A stretch of DNA of 61,079 nucleotides, counting the filler, from Globobulimina sp. (taxonomy: Eukaryota): the NCBI GenBank assembly GCA_003354225.1. It is 16 parts of 16 records of this genome, joined end to end, with 100 filler letters (N's around TTAATTAATTAA, not from the genome) between each part and the next. Parts side by side here need not be neighbours in the genome. Positions count along the whole stretch, not along the records: positions 1 to 3,727 come from PIVH01002191.1; positions 3,828 to 7,553 come from PIVH01002192.1; positions 7,654 to 11,379 come from PIVH01002193.1; positions 11,480 to 15,204 come from PIVH01002194.1; 12 more parts are not named here. One strand, given 5' to 3'. This document shows, one piece after another, positions 1 to 12,087 of this stretch. The notes under the pieces were generated by a model. That model had not been told where the DNA came from. It saw nothing but the letters and a program-made list of their open reading frames with translations, and searched no databases. Every line of letters begins with the position of its first letter. Within the stretch, counting starts at the first letter, position 1. Made by a program: the position numbers and the translations under genes.

Positions 1-45
1 CCCGAAAATCCACATCGTTTCTTTTGTTTTGTTGCTGAGCTAGTC

Positions 46-3000
46 ATGCAATCAAGAAAGACTTGTTCAAATGCATTGGCATTTAATATTTTATTTCTGT
101 TAATAAACATATTGAATATCAATTGTAAAAGATTGGATGATGGATATTATGATATATCGACCTACACAAATTGCAATGGTTTAGATGATGGTTATTATGA
201 TATTGAAGTAATAGCGAATCTTACAATAAATATACTCTGTTCCAATGAATATATGATCATCGACATACTACATGACAATCAATGGTTAAATTTACTGTCA
301 TCCTACAAAGATTATGACAAACATATCATTGGTCCACTAACCAACGACCACGTCAATTGGGATTCATTTATACCTTCAACAGACATACAAATTGATCATT
401 ATTTGGTGTCACCAGATTGTGAGTCATGTGATTTAAACTCATATTTAAACGCCGGATTATATGGTGACCATTCTGCATATTATATGAATCAAATCGCATC
501 TGGCTGTTTTCATAAAAATCGAGGTTTGCCAGCGTGTGATATGGATCCTGTAACGTATCAATGCAAAATATGTCAATGGAGTGAAGGTACCGTATTGTCG
601 CGTCCTTACAGCACAGCAAATGACTACACAGATGACGAAAATACGGGAATCTGTGCATTTTCTATCAAACCGTCCAATTTCATAGTTGCTACACAATTTT
701 CGCAATGTTTAAATTATGAAACGTCTGCATTCAAACCCTCGTTAGGTAGCAATGGCGCATATTGCCAGTGCATAAAACCAGACGCAAGCAATGGATATGA
801 AAGCCGACAGTCGAAAGCTTTACTTCTAGCAAATGTAAATACAAATGACATTGTTCGAAGTCCACAAACTCACATTCAAATTGAAGCTGATATCACATAT
901 TTATATCAACGAGATTTTGCTGTTGGAACATATAGAATTTTGCAAGGCGGCACCTATGTTGTTATGGAAGATATTTTGTTTGATTTTAATGCAAATGTAC
1001 ATGCTCCAAATGCAGTGGGTGCCTATATGCCACATTGTGATCAAATGGATATATATCCCGGTGCCTGCAGTCAATTTGGACCATATTTTCTGGGCTTTTT
1101 CAGTGGAATCACTATTGAGACGACAGAGGGAGTCATATTGGATTTAAATGATCATAGCATTGGAATGAGTGTAGAATTTTTCTATCAACAGGGTTTTTTC
1201 AGTATAATTGAATTGGGCTCACAGCCTTTTTTACCAATGCATGGTCCTGGAAATTTTGGTGCGAATGCGGTCTATGCAGAAAATGTTATCATTAAAAATG
1301 GTGTCTTGCTGAGATCCTCACATCACGGCATTCATGGCAATAATAATAAGAATATTGAAATAAATAATGTTATGGTTAAACAGTTTGTTGTAACGCACGG
1401 TATGTTTTCCTTGATTTTTATATATTTTTTCATTCATTTTATAATTTATATGCAGGCATTCAATTGAATGGTTTCTCAGATATTACATTGAAAAATATCG
1501 ATATTGGGCCAACGAACGACATTATTAAATTAAATGCCAATTATATTCAAATGCGAGCGTTGTTAAATAATTTGCGGACATTATATGCAAAGAATAGTGT
1601 GAAGCATAAACAATTTAGTTTTTCGGGCCGGAAACATGATGTTATGACATTGGAGGAGTTGGTTGAAGACAGATTGATAGCAGCTATGGACGAAGCGTTT
1701 AGATTTGCTGTCAATGAGAATTATAAAATTAAAGATAATGATATCAAAGCTATTGTAGATAATGTATTTGTGAATGATGCCTCCCATAATATACCATATG
1801 GTGCGGTTGTTTATGGCGTATTCCTTAACTATCCGGCCTCGGGTCTGTGCTCTCTTTAATTTGCAATTTCAACTTTTACTGTTAATAAATTAAGGCATAT
1901 TTGGGTGGCACGTCAGCGAGGAACAAAGTGTTGGCGCACTAATTGAGAATGTAAACGTGCACGATTTGTATCACCACAGTGAAGAATTGATTGGTTTAAC
2001 AACAAATAAACATGGAATATCCAATGCATTTAATGGTCCATTATCAGCAATATCGTTAGTTGGCACTCAAAGGATGCAAGAAATTGCAAATGTGATTGAA
2101 ACAAAATCTGGTGAGTTTCATGCAAATTACGTTGGTGATATAACAACCGATGTTCATTTTGCATATTATTTGTTAGGGTATGATGATTGGGATTTATTTC
2201 CTGGGACACCGTATTATGGCGACAACAGCGAATTAGCCAAATGGGCGTTTGGTGATGATCCGTATTATGAGAATGTGATAAGTTCGGATCGTATTACAAC
2301 GCAGCAAGAATTAAATGAATTGGTGACATGTAATGGCGATCGAATGCAACATCCATTAAAAGGAATTGTTGGCATTAAAATCACAGGTGTTTCAAATGTA
2401 CAATTTAAAGGCTCTCTCACTGTCAACAATCTGTATGATTCGACACCTCTCGGATCCACACTTTGCGGTCCTTATACAAAAGCCAACTTTGGGCAACAAC
2501 TCCCATATTCATTTGGTATGTAATGTACGCCATGTTTTTACATTTTTACTGTCAGTGAAGTTTTTACATTTTGCAAAAGGTTTCAGCGGGAATATGATTC
2601 ATGGGATGGATGTAACATTTAGTGACATCACCTTTGATTTGCACCAATTCAGAATAAGTAATTTGATATCGGAGACAGGATTATCGTATGGTTTATCCAC
2701 GTGGTACAACACTCAAATCCAATTCAACCAAGATACAGATTTTAGTATTACAAACATTAAAGCAGGCAATAAATATTTAGACGAGATACCGTCAGATAAT
2801 GCAATGAGATTTGTGGCGCCCAATCATAAACCACAAGCATGCGGTATTCGTATACATGAAAATAAAGTGTATCCCGTAACAATTAGTTTCGGTTCGGATG
2901 AATCTTTATTTAAACAACAATGCATAATCGGAATAACCGGCTGCGAGGAAGATACGCAAAAAACAAAATTCCCATTTACTCATCTTGGCAATGTCAATAA

Positions 3001-3253
3001 TATGGAATGTCAAGATTTGAGAGCACCGATAAATATGAACAAGAATAATGATGGAGGAGAGGGTCAGAATATATTTGGTGAAAAGGAAGAAATAATTGAA
3101 AAGGTGCAGTATTTTGGGAATGTATTTTTAATGACAGCTATATTGGTAATTGTGTTCAGTGTATTGGCTGTATATTATTGGTGTTGTTTTATTGATAAAA
3201 AAGAGGATGGAATTGGTCAATATTCGAGCTATTATGCATATGGCAGTTTGTAG
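46..3253 (+). CDS. Large type I membrane/secreted protein with probable beta-helix (pectin-lyase-like) region; 4 exons
   Basis: Phase-compatible GT-AG introns 1400-1455, 1843-1894, 2516-2579 join four ORFs; N-terminal hydrophobic signal, Cys-rich region, NVIIKNG...SSHHGIHGN...NIEINNV beta-helix-like motifs, C-terminal TM helix. Confidence 0.7.
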
Positions 3254-3506
3254 CTGTCAGTTTTTTAATTGGTTGTTAACCCAAAGCAATATATTATGCT
3301 TGTGTTAATATATTTTAATTAACAAAAACTCGGTGATTATATTTTCAATCACATCGATTCGTATCCTCATTATTGCCGCACTTCATAGTTCAAGCAACTT
3401 AATGGGCTATGAATAGATATTATACAGGTTATAAATATTAGTAAGTTGACGGCCAGAACAAAAAAACAGAACATCCAAAACAGTAAATTTCTATTTCTGC
3501 AGATGT

Positions 3507-3725
3507 TTAGTTTTGAGTTGTTGAAAGCCCATAAATCTCAAATCCATGACATAATATGAAATAATTGCCAGTTGAATCAGTTCCGGTGCTATATATTCTG
3601 AACATTCCATATGATTTATTACAATTTGAAATGCTCCATGAATGCGATTGTTTTGCTGCATTAATTGTTGTATCATTTGTATGCTTTTTAAGAAGCTCCC
3701 AATTTGATCCATCAACACTTCCTTC
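3507..3725 (-). CDS. 3' end of a gene with a galactose-binding/F5-8-like domain (different frame from the listed ORF)
   Basis: Manual translation: EGSVDGSNWELLKKH...FRIYSTG...YFILCHGFEIYG then TAA at 3507-3509. Confidence 0.65.
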   Translation of the reverse strand, partial: EGSVDGSNWELLKKHTNDTTINAAKQSHSWSISNCNKSYGMFRIYSTGTDSTGNYFILCHGFEIYGLSTTQN

Positions 3726-3727
3726 AA

Positions 3728-3827
3728 NNNNNNNNNNNNNNNNNNNNNNNNNNNNNNNNNNNNNNNNNNNNTTAATTAATTAANNNNNNNNNNNNNNNNN
3801 NNNNNNNNNNNNNNNNNNNNNNNNNNN
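3728..3827. other. Artificial contig linker (first of 15; others start at 7554, 11380, 15205, 19029, 22853, 26677, 30501, 34325, 38149, 41972, 45794, 49616, 53438, 57259)
   Basis: Identical 100-bp N-run/TTAATTAATTAA/N-run spacers; intervening contigs never increase in length, running from 3727 to 3721 bp. Confidence 0.98.
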
Positions 3828-3892
3828 GATTCATCATTGGATTCATCATTGGATTCATCATTGGATTCATCATTGGATTCATCATTGGATTC
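3828..3892. repeat. 12-bp tandem repeat GATTCATCATTG (encodes ESND)
   Basis: About 5 copies running into the gap. Confidence 0.95.
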
Positions 3893-5485
3893 GTCACTAT
3901 CATTTAATATTATATATGGGCAGTTGTTATGAGATAATTCGGTGCATGGTACACGTGAACTGGATAATGCGTTTTCGTCAATATTTTCCTTTTTAATGGT
4001 TGTATCCGACATTGATATATCACCGTCACTATCATTTAATATTATATATGGACGGTTGTTATGAGATAATTCGGTGCATGGTACACGTGAACCGGATAAT
4101 GCGTTTTCGTCAATATTTTCCTTTTTAATGGTTGTATCCGACATTAATAATAAATCAAATTTTATATCTAAACCATATGTGCATGAAATTGTCGATTCCA
4201 TTTTATTAAATACTTCCCTGTTAATCCCAGTACATATTCGACTAAATGTTTCATTATCTGCTCTTAATAGCCACCCACTGTATTCGTCGTTGTATTGTAT
4301 CACAACATTACTAATATCTATATTTAATTGTTGCAATGCTTCTTGCACAACGCGCCGTATTTCATTTTCGTAATGTTTAAAATGTGTCATATGATTCATC
4401 GATTTAATAGAAATTACAATATAATTTTGTTCATAGTTGTCTTTACCAGTTTTAAATTCAGATAATTCATCATTCATAAGATGATTTAGATGAACATGAT
4501 TTAGATGACTATCTTCATCAAAATTATCCACATCATCATCCTCTGAATTCTCTGAATCTGAATTGAAAACTGGTAAATAATGTTGCTGTGATTGGTTTGC
4601 GATATCGATGTGATTGGTTTTAATACGGTCAATTTTATATAAAATATCGATATTTGTTTTATTTTTAATGAATGCTGACATTTGCGTTGTTAATATCTCA
4701 TTTACAGAATCTGTATTTGGTACAGCTATGGCATCATGAATTAACGATGCAACGTTATTTTGAATGATTTCTTTTTCTTTTAAAAAAATAAACATTAATT
4801 CTAATATCACCACTTCATGTGTAAAATATACGGTCGATAGAACACGACCTTTCTCATTGCCACCATGTCCTGCGACACATAATAAATGAATATTTGCTTC
4901 ATATATACGTTCGGTTATTGGTCCAAGTTCAGCTCCTAACGAAATGTAACATTCTGGTTGTAATCCAACAAAATTATTATCCTTAGCCCAACGTTGGAAA
5001 TTGCCACCATTCATCAATATATTTATTAATCGTTTGGCATTTTTGTGATCATTTAATGCTGCAATGTATGATCCTCGGTTCTCACAATAATTTTGTAATT
5101 GGGGGCATTCGATATTGTTTGATTTTAAAATAGAACATAAGATACTTGGCCCATTATTAATTCCATCGATATAAAGTATCGTAGTATCGGTTAATGACGG
5201 TCTAATTTTCTTGCTAACTGCTTGAAAAGATGCTTGCGAATCGCAGAATAAACGACCTCCTCTACGAGTATATGTCTGTGGTACTAATGCCTGGTCAGTT
5301 CGCATGGTGTTCAATAATTGTCTCCATCGTTGTACATTTTTAGTATCGATTTGACCTGATTCTAGTAAACGTGATAGATTTTCTCTATTAATGGAATCGT
5401 GTAATGTTACTCCTTCCAACGTTGATGGTTGTACGTTAACCTTCAAAGGTATTTTTGTTGTTGAATCTGTTTGTTGTTGACTCAT
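3828..5485 (-). CDS. TV-Pol-like divergent family A DNA polymerase/primase (virophage, Polinton-like virus or Tlr type); 3' truncated
   Basis: Ordered motifs GRLF..SFQ..SKKIR, YID..NNGPSIL, NY..NR, AKRL..ILMNGG, VLS...E..IL, LIHDA; intronless. Confidence 0.65.
3893..4145. repeat. 132-bp-period in-frame tandem duplication inside the TV-Pol ORF
   Basis: MSDTTIKKENIDENALS.SRVPCTELSHNN.PYIILNDSD occurs twice; copies start at 3893 and 4025. Confidence 0.9.
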
Positions 5486-5719
5486 TTTTGTTGTTGAATC
5501 TGTTTGGTTTAAGTTTTTTTATTCAAACTATGGGATTCGATACGTCATTATGACGTTGTGTATATCATCGATTTCTATACATGGAAGATGTATTATGTTG
5601 ATGTTGCATCTTTTCAAGCAGTTAGCGACGACATGATAAAAGTTCACTTGGTTAATTTAAATAAAAACATTACCTATATTCGGTCAGAAACATTACTGAA
5701 CTGAAAACATCGCCTCGAG

Positions 5720-6127
5720 ATGAACGACCTAATTCATTTAATTTACCTATGGGCAGAGCCACAAGAATCGCAAACATTACGAGTCGTGTCAGGATACGCT
5801 CTACGTGCATTAGAAAATTTAATTGAAGATAAACTAATGTTTGCAATTCTTTTTTATGTTACAGAAGCAGAAACAATTTTAAATTCATACATTGGTATTC
5901 ATTATCACGATGGCATTCCTGCAATACAACACTTAATAATATCAACATTTTATCAAATTAATACCACAAAACAAGTAACATTCGAAGGTAACTGGCAATT
6001 AATCGATAGAGACCCTGCAAATTCTGCACAATGTTGTACCACAGATATCGTAGATTGCATAGGTTGTTGTTGGTGTGGATTTGAACGGATATATATAGAT
6101 CAATTATTCGTAACAGGATTTTTATGA
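5720..6127 (+). CDS. Hypothetical protein, divergent from TV-Pol
   Basis: ATG-initiated 135-aa intronless ORF; no recognised motif. Confidence 0.4.
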   Translation: MNDLIHLIYLWAEPQESQTLRVVSGYALRALENLIEDKLMFAILFYVTEAETILNSYIGIHYHDGIPAIQHLIISTFYQINTTKQVTFEGNWQLIDRDPANSAQCCTTDIVDCIGCCWCGFERIYIDQLFVTGFL

Positions 6128-6169
6128 ACAGGATTTTTATTAATACGGTTTTGACCGAATATAAATGTA

Positions 6170-6919
6170 AGAATATCACGCGCCTTATTACTCGGAATTG
6201 CAAATACCATCACATCGTTTGTAACCATTCATATATGCAAATCATTCAGCGAATTATTCAAATTACCTTGTACATGTCTGAGGGTTTCTAAATCAAGTGG
6301 TCGGAGATTAGTATATCGTGATACATTCCATAACAGATATATTATATCAAGTACCGCTGTTGGTACTTTTTCATTTGACCGTAAAAGCGCAGACAAAGTA
6401 GTAGCCCCATTACTACGAGCAATGGGTATTAAGATAGTTCCACGTAGCCCAATTGTCCCAATTGTCCCAATTGTCTTCGTAAATGATAAAACACTGTATG
6501 GTGTTGGAGGCACTGTTATTGATGACGGTAAATATAAACGAAGAAGCATTCATGCGACAATAATAGATTATTTAATACAAGAAGATATATGTACACTGAA
6601 TAAGAGAGCTTCCTTTGATTTATTTACAACAAGCGAATTAAAATCACAGTATCAGAATTGGCACGATGACTTCAGTAATATTGAAGTATTAGGCGATGAC
6701 GGTAATATACCGGATATAAAGGTTCAGAATAAAGGTTCAGAATTAACATCTTTATCAGACTTCGCGTTCAGAGAATTTTATGTTGAATCGCAAATACAAG
6801 AGTGCAAAAAGTTGTTGAACCTACGTCAGTTTGTTAAATATGATTGGTCAGCGTGGTCAGCGTGGAATTATTTAAATTTTAATTGGTCACAAAAAAAGTT
6901 TTGCGAGGATATATATTAA
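6170..6919 (+). CDS. Hypothetical protein (frame is open well upstream of the ATG at 6422)
   Basis: About 250 open codons; may be a disrupted continuation of the preceding ORF. Confidence 0.35.
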   Translation, partial: RISRALLLGIANTITSFVTIHICKSFSELFKLPCTCLRVSKSSGRRLVYRDTFHNRYIISSTAVGTFSFDRKSADKVVAPLLRAMGIKIVPRSPIVPIVPIVFVNDKTLYGVGGTVIDDGKYKRRSIHATIIDYLIQEDICTLNKRASFDLFTTSELKSQYQNWHDDFSNIEVLGDDGNIPDIKVQNKGSELTSLSDFAFREFYVESQIQECKKLLNLRQFVKYDWSAWSAWNYLNFNWSQKKFCEDIY

Positions 6920-7284
6920 ATTAAATTGTTTAAATTCAATTATTTAATTTGTGCGATTTGTAATAATCTTATTTGTGCGAATGTTTTAATCTTGTCTTAA
7001 AGTATAAGTTTGGAACCCATGAAACAAAATCAATTATGGGTATGCAATATAATGGGGATATATTTCAAATATTATTGTGTTATTATTGCATTATTTACCA
7101 TTTGGATTATTATTGTTTTGTTTTATACGCCAATATCCCATAAAAGCAAAGAAAAAGCCGAGCAAAACACTCAATCGATCCACGCCATTCAGATGGAAAT
7201 CTGTATGCAGTTATAAAATTAAGATATGCAAATTTTACGAATCAAAAACATTAAACAATCAATATCACACAACATTCACACAAC

Positions 7285-7553
7285 TTATTTTTTCTTTCTT
7301 CGCTTTTTCTTACCTTTTGAGATCGGAGCTATTATTGCTACATCTTTCCTCCTTTGTCGTTTTATCGATGATACTAGAGCATTTAAAGCACTTTCCATTA
7401 TTTTCATTGTTTCATTGTTGCAACAAGTTCCATTTCGAAGCCGTGATATCAAAGCAGCAGTGCATTTAAATCGAGATGTAATACTTGGATTATGCATAAT
7501 TACTGAACGACATATATCGTTATCTGTCATCTTCAGTGATTTTAGAATAGTTA
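7285..7553 (-). CDS. 3' end of an unknown gene with a basic NLS-like tail
   Basis: Open to the gap; ends KGKKKRRKKK. Confidence 0.35.
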
Positions 7554-7653
7554 NNNNNNNNNNNNNNNNNNNNNNNNNNNNNNNNNNNNNNNNNNNNTTA
7601 ATTAATTAANNNNNNNNNNNNNNNNNNNNNNNNNNNNNNNNNNNNNNNNNNNN

Positions 7654-10326
7654 ACAACACATTTATCATTGTATTCTCTCATCAAACATTTGCGACATAT
7701 TTTAATATCACAATTTATATTCTCATTATAACATTCAATAATTTTATTAACACCATACCACATATTACACTTATTACATTTCGTCGTCGCTGAACTATTC
7801 AATGGAAATGCTGCCGGCAGCACATGTTCCTCATTCAACTCATTATATTCAAATACAATCTTCAATTTATTCAATACTTTTTCTAATCTTTTTTGAAAAT
7901 CCTCAAATTTAATTCCAATCCTTCCAGAACATAACAACATTAAATCCAGATACAATGCTGAATAATTTCCATGTTTTGCATCATATCCATGATATTCGAA
8001 TATATTATAATTATCTCCAATAATTTTCTCTTTCTTCTCATCCAAAATGTTCAACGAATTAAATGATTTCTGTCCATTTAATTTCTTATTATATTCATCC
8101 TTGTATTCCATATACAAATCTTTATGTTTTTTATTAATTTCCTGCGCTTTTTGTTGTATAAACTTATCAATTAATTCAAAATGTGGTTTTATTCCATAAT
8201 GCCTAACAATAAAATCTTTTGTTAGCGAACAAATCCATGAAACATTAGCATTCTCCAAACCGCCTTTGCTGTCAAACATTTTGCAAACTTCACCCATATC
8301 CTTACAATCAACGTATTTATATTTGCTATCCCCATCAAACCAAGTCGACAAACTCGGCAATTTTTTGAACAAATTATACTGATTCACCACCGGGTTTTCA
8401 TTCAATTTATGTTTTAGACATTTATCAAATCGATAAATACACAAAACACCAATAACAATCAACGACATTATAGTCACTGGCGATAAATGTTTATAACTCA
8501 CTTCAAAATCATTATAATTCACTGAATCCTCTCTATGTCCTTCCACGCCATTGCTAAATATCATTTTCATTGCAAAATCGAATTGTTTTAACTTTGTGGT
8601 GTTGGTATAACCAACGTACATCGATCCATACTCACTCAACTCTTTCCATTCACTGTCAATGTGCTTATTTGCGACACAAAAAATATCCCCAAAACTTTTA
8701 TATCTCTGCACAAATATCTCAATCACTGAAAGCAGACATAATGGAATGTTCAAATCGCGCAAATACTTAACAACCATCAACTTACTATTAAACGGCACTA
8801 TTTTTTCAATCAAAGCTAAATCCCGTATTAATTGATTGGAAATGCTATAAAATTGCTGGCTGTCATATTTCATTTCATTTCGTTGAAAAAACTTTTTAAA
8901 AAACACATAATTGCCATCAGTCACAAATAATTTCCTCCTTTGTGTGCTGTCACAAATTCTAAACTTTTTCGGTAAGCATTCAAATGCGCGCAAATATGGT
9001 ATGATACATTTTTGTGCAGCGAGTATAATATCATTCATAGTGATGGTTTCCGCACAAATCCTGCAGCCAATATATAACAAAACCAATGATAATTCCAAAT
9101 TTATATCTCCTTTTTCATAGCTATATTGATCGCATTTTGCACGCAGGTTTTTATCATTCTTTTTATTTTTTCTTCGTTTGTAACCAAACGGATCCTTTGC
9201 CGGTATCCGCTGCATAAAACGGCTGCATTTCTGTGGTAAAATGCGTCTCCACGCTAAGCGAGCTCTTTTTTTGCGTTTTGCCCGTTCTCCCTCGGTTTCC
9301 ATGCGTCTTTTTCGTCGCTTCTGCGAGGATTTGGTGAGGCTGATGGAGGTTTGTGAGGAGATAGAACTGCGAGACTGCTGTGATACATTTGATGTGTCGG
9401 ATAATAGCGCGTCGAAATCAATTCTATCTTCCAATGATATTTTGGGATATTGGTCATGCGGATTATGCTCTGAAACGGATGATTTTTCATCCGGTGAGCT
9501 CGTAAAGTCTGAATCTTCAGTGGTCAAAAATACATCGATTTGCGACTGTTTTGGTGTGATCCATTGTTCGCGGAAATCATTATTCTGATGCAATTTGCTA
9601 TGGTTTTTGTTCCAAACCCATTCCGATTGGTTATCATTGGTGGCGCCAAAGCCCTTTTTGAGCCAGACTTTATTGAGAAAGCGGAACCAAAGTTGTCCTA
9701 CGATTTGATATAAATGAGGTTTGACATTGTAAGTATGGATTAATACACTGACTTGTGACTGTAATACATGTTGGAAGGCATTCAATATTAGCTTTGTAAA
9801 CTGTTTCTGTGGACGGATAATTTCTTGGTTTAAGGGTTGGATTATGTTTCTTTGTTTTTCTCTGATGATATCTTTGGAGATATCGGCAATTGCAATAGAA
9901 TCCTCATCACCAAATATTTGGGAGCTTTGCAGGTCTTGGTAGTCCTTTTTGTGTGTACGCGTTGGTATAATTTGTTTGAATGTTAATCAAAAAAAAGAGT
10001 TTATTAACTTGTACAATGCGACTGCATTGAGTGCAGATTTTGTGTCCAGTGTTATCATCGATTTGCAGTGTGTTTTGCGCTCCGCAGTTTGAACATTGAT
10101 TATGTACTGATTGCTGCGATTGTTGTGAGGATTGTTGCGATTGTTGAGATAATGACTGTGACTGTGATTGGGATTGTGATTGAGAGAAGAAATTTAATTC
10201 ATAATTATCAAAAATTGGTAATTCAGTGGATTGCTCGGTATCTGGGTCAGTGTTTTGTGACAATTCTTCTAGTTTCATGAGATCTGTTGGTAAATCCAAT
10301 GTGTTAAAGTCAAAAGAGTCTACCAT
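7654..10326 (-). CDS. TAF1B: RNA polymerase I initiation factor TAF1B/Rrn7-like; intron 9945-10008; 3' truncated
   Basis: TFIIB-type zinc ribbon CSNC...GHKICTQC, then AFQHVLQSQV..LI...IVGQLWFRFL and L.LLYIGCR...IT..DII..A....IPYL; phase-0 intron joins the two ORFs. Confidence 0.75.
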
Positions 10327-10431
10327 GATGAACAAAATGTTTGTGAGGTAAGTTTTCAATATTAATATTTATTTTAAGAAATACTTAAGATTTGGTTTTT
10401 GCACACAACACAAATAAGCACAGTATATTTT

Positions 10432-10947
10432 TTAAAACCACGCAGACATTTTTCTGCATAAATCTTGACAATTGTTACTGAGCAAACTATAATTTGCATC
10501 AAAATAATCCAAATATTGTACCACATCTCCAATAGATTTCGATGGTTTACCGTTCCACTTATATGAATATTTCGATTCTGTCCACATATCAGCATCGGTT
10601 GTTTTTGCTGCTTGTGCTAATCCACATTCATTACAGTCACGCCATGAACTACATTTTCTCATTTCAATGGTTCCATGCGATCCTTCATTCCTACAAAATT
10701 GGATAACATAATATTTTGTTGCTGTCTTGATAATCATCCACCAATGTTCAATGGCATCACCAATACCCAATTTCACTGCAGATGCCAACCATGAATACGA
10801 ACCATGTAATATTCTGCATGAACGTGATGTTATTTCTATTACTTTTTCTTGTTTATCACCGTCACTAATGCTGCAACTTGTTATTTGTTTATAACGTCTT
10901 GTCACAACACGGGTACCTTGATATTCTGCATCAGAGCTATTACCCAT
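10432..10947 (-). CDS. PPPDE/LRAT-like permuted papain-fold peptidase, possibly N-myristoylated
   Basis: MGNSS start; EHWW (His) and YSLLSNNCQD (Cys) motifs. Confidence 0.65.
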   Translation of the reverse strand: MGNSSDAEYQGTRVVTRRYKQITSCSISDGDKQEKVIEITSRSCRILHGSYSWLASAVKLGIGDAIEHWWMIIKTATKYYVIQFCRNEGSHGTIEMRKCSSWRDCNECGLAQAAKTTDADMWTESKYSYKWNGKPSKSIGDVVQYLDYFDANYSLLSNNCQDLCRKMSAWF

Positions 10948-11030
10948 GGTATATATGTTCGACTTATTTATAATATGAATTAACTTTTTTGGCTTAGTTT
11001 CGTTTCGTTTCGTTTCAACGATTAGCAAAG

Positions 11031-11142
11031 TTTTTGGGTTAGCTAGAGTGGTTTTCAACTTAGTATTCGAAGTTGACCTAGTATTCGATGACCTAGTAAT
11101 CCTAGCATTCAAAGTTGAGAACCACTCTAGCTAACCCAAAAA
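11031..11142. mobile_element. Small MITE-like fold-back element
   Basis: 31-bp inverted repeats (TTTTTGGGTTAGCTAGAGTGGTTTTCAACTT, one mismatch) around about 50 bp of CCTAGTA-type repeats. Confidence 0.6.
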
Positions 11143-11479
11143 AGTTAAATGTTACGTTTGCATCTCGCTGGCAATTTAATTAAGAAAAACTTACTTTTGG
11201 TGCAAGGATAAACAATTATTTTCAATCATTATTATTATTTTCAATTTGTCTTTTCTTTAAATATCGCTTAATATCACTATAAACAGAAGAATTGGCGAAA
11301 AATTGTGATGGTTTAACATTTGCATTTTGACAAAATTGCTGAATAATTTGTAAATTCTCTTCTTGGTTTGATACAATAANNNNNNNNNNNNNNNNNNNNN
11401 NNNNNNNNNNNNNNNNNNNNNNNTTAATTAATTAANNNNNNNNNNNNNNNNNNNNNNNNNNNNNNNNNNNNNNNNNNNN

Positions 11480-11644
11480 CGGAATATTATTATTATTATT
11501 TAATATTATTTGTGGTGATAGTGGTTGGTTGAAAGCAGAACTGCTTAGTATTAACTGTGGCTGATGCGGTAATTGTGATTGTTGTGATTGCTGTTGATGC
11601 TGATTTGGATTTTGTAAAGTTTGGAGTAGTTGAAGAAAATTCAT
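11480..11644 (-). CDS. 5' end of a Q/N-rich protein
   Basis: ATG-initiated low-complexity ORF open into the gap. Confidence 0.5.
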
Positions 11645-12087
11645 TGTTTCAATTTATTTGTTGTATATAATCGAGAATGTTTATTACAGGATTACTGCAT
11701 AGTAAATTTGTCATAGATTTAAATATTAAAATGTGCCAATTCCAAAAATAAAATTACAATCCGTATATAAATTTATGTAATCCGTATATATAAATTAAGG
11801 AAAATAACTTATTTAATTTTAAACGGAATGAATACATTAAGTTAATATTTGGATTCAGAAATTTACAACGGCTGATACATTTATTTTCGGAATTTACTAT
11901 ATTATATATACAGGACAATCTACATACTAGTTTCAAATACTTTCAATGTGGAAATTAAATTAGCGAACCCAGAAAGTTTTTTCTTTATAAAAAAATTATC
12001 TATCTTAGCCAGTACATATTCTTCTTCTTCTTCATTGTCTCTGTTTTTAGTATTCCGGATTAAATCATTTGTAACTGTTTAACAAAG

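Noticed and set aside
3491-3727. Listed 78-aa minus-strand ORF
   Set aside because: The neighbouring frame gives a recognisable domain, so the listed frame is spurious.
3728-3827. Regularly spaced TTAATTAATTAA palindromes every ~3.8 kb
   Set aside because: Artificial linkers with stops in all frames; ORFs reading through X-runs and cross-contig gene neighbourhoods are artefacts.
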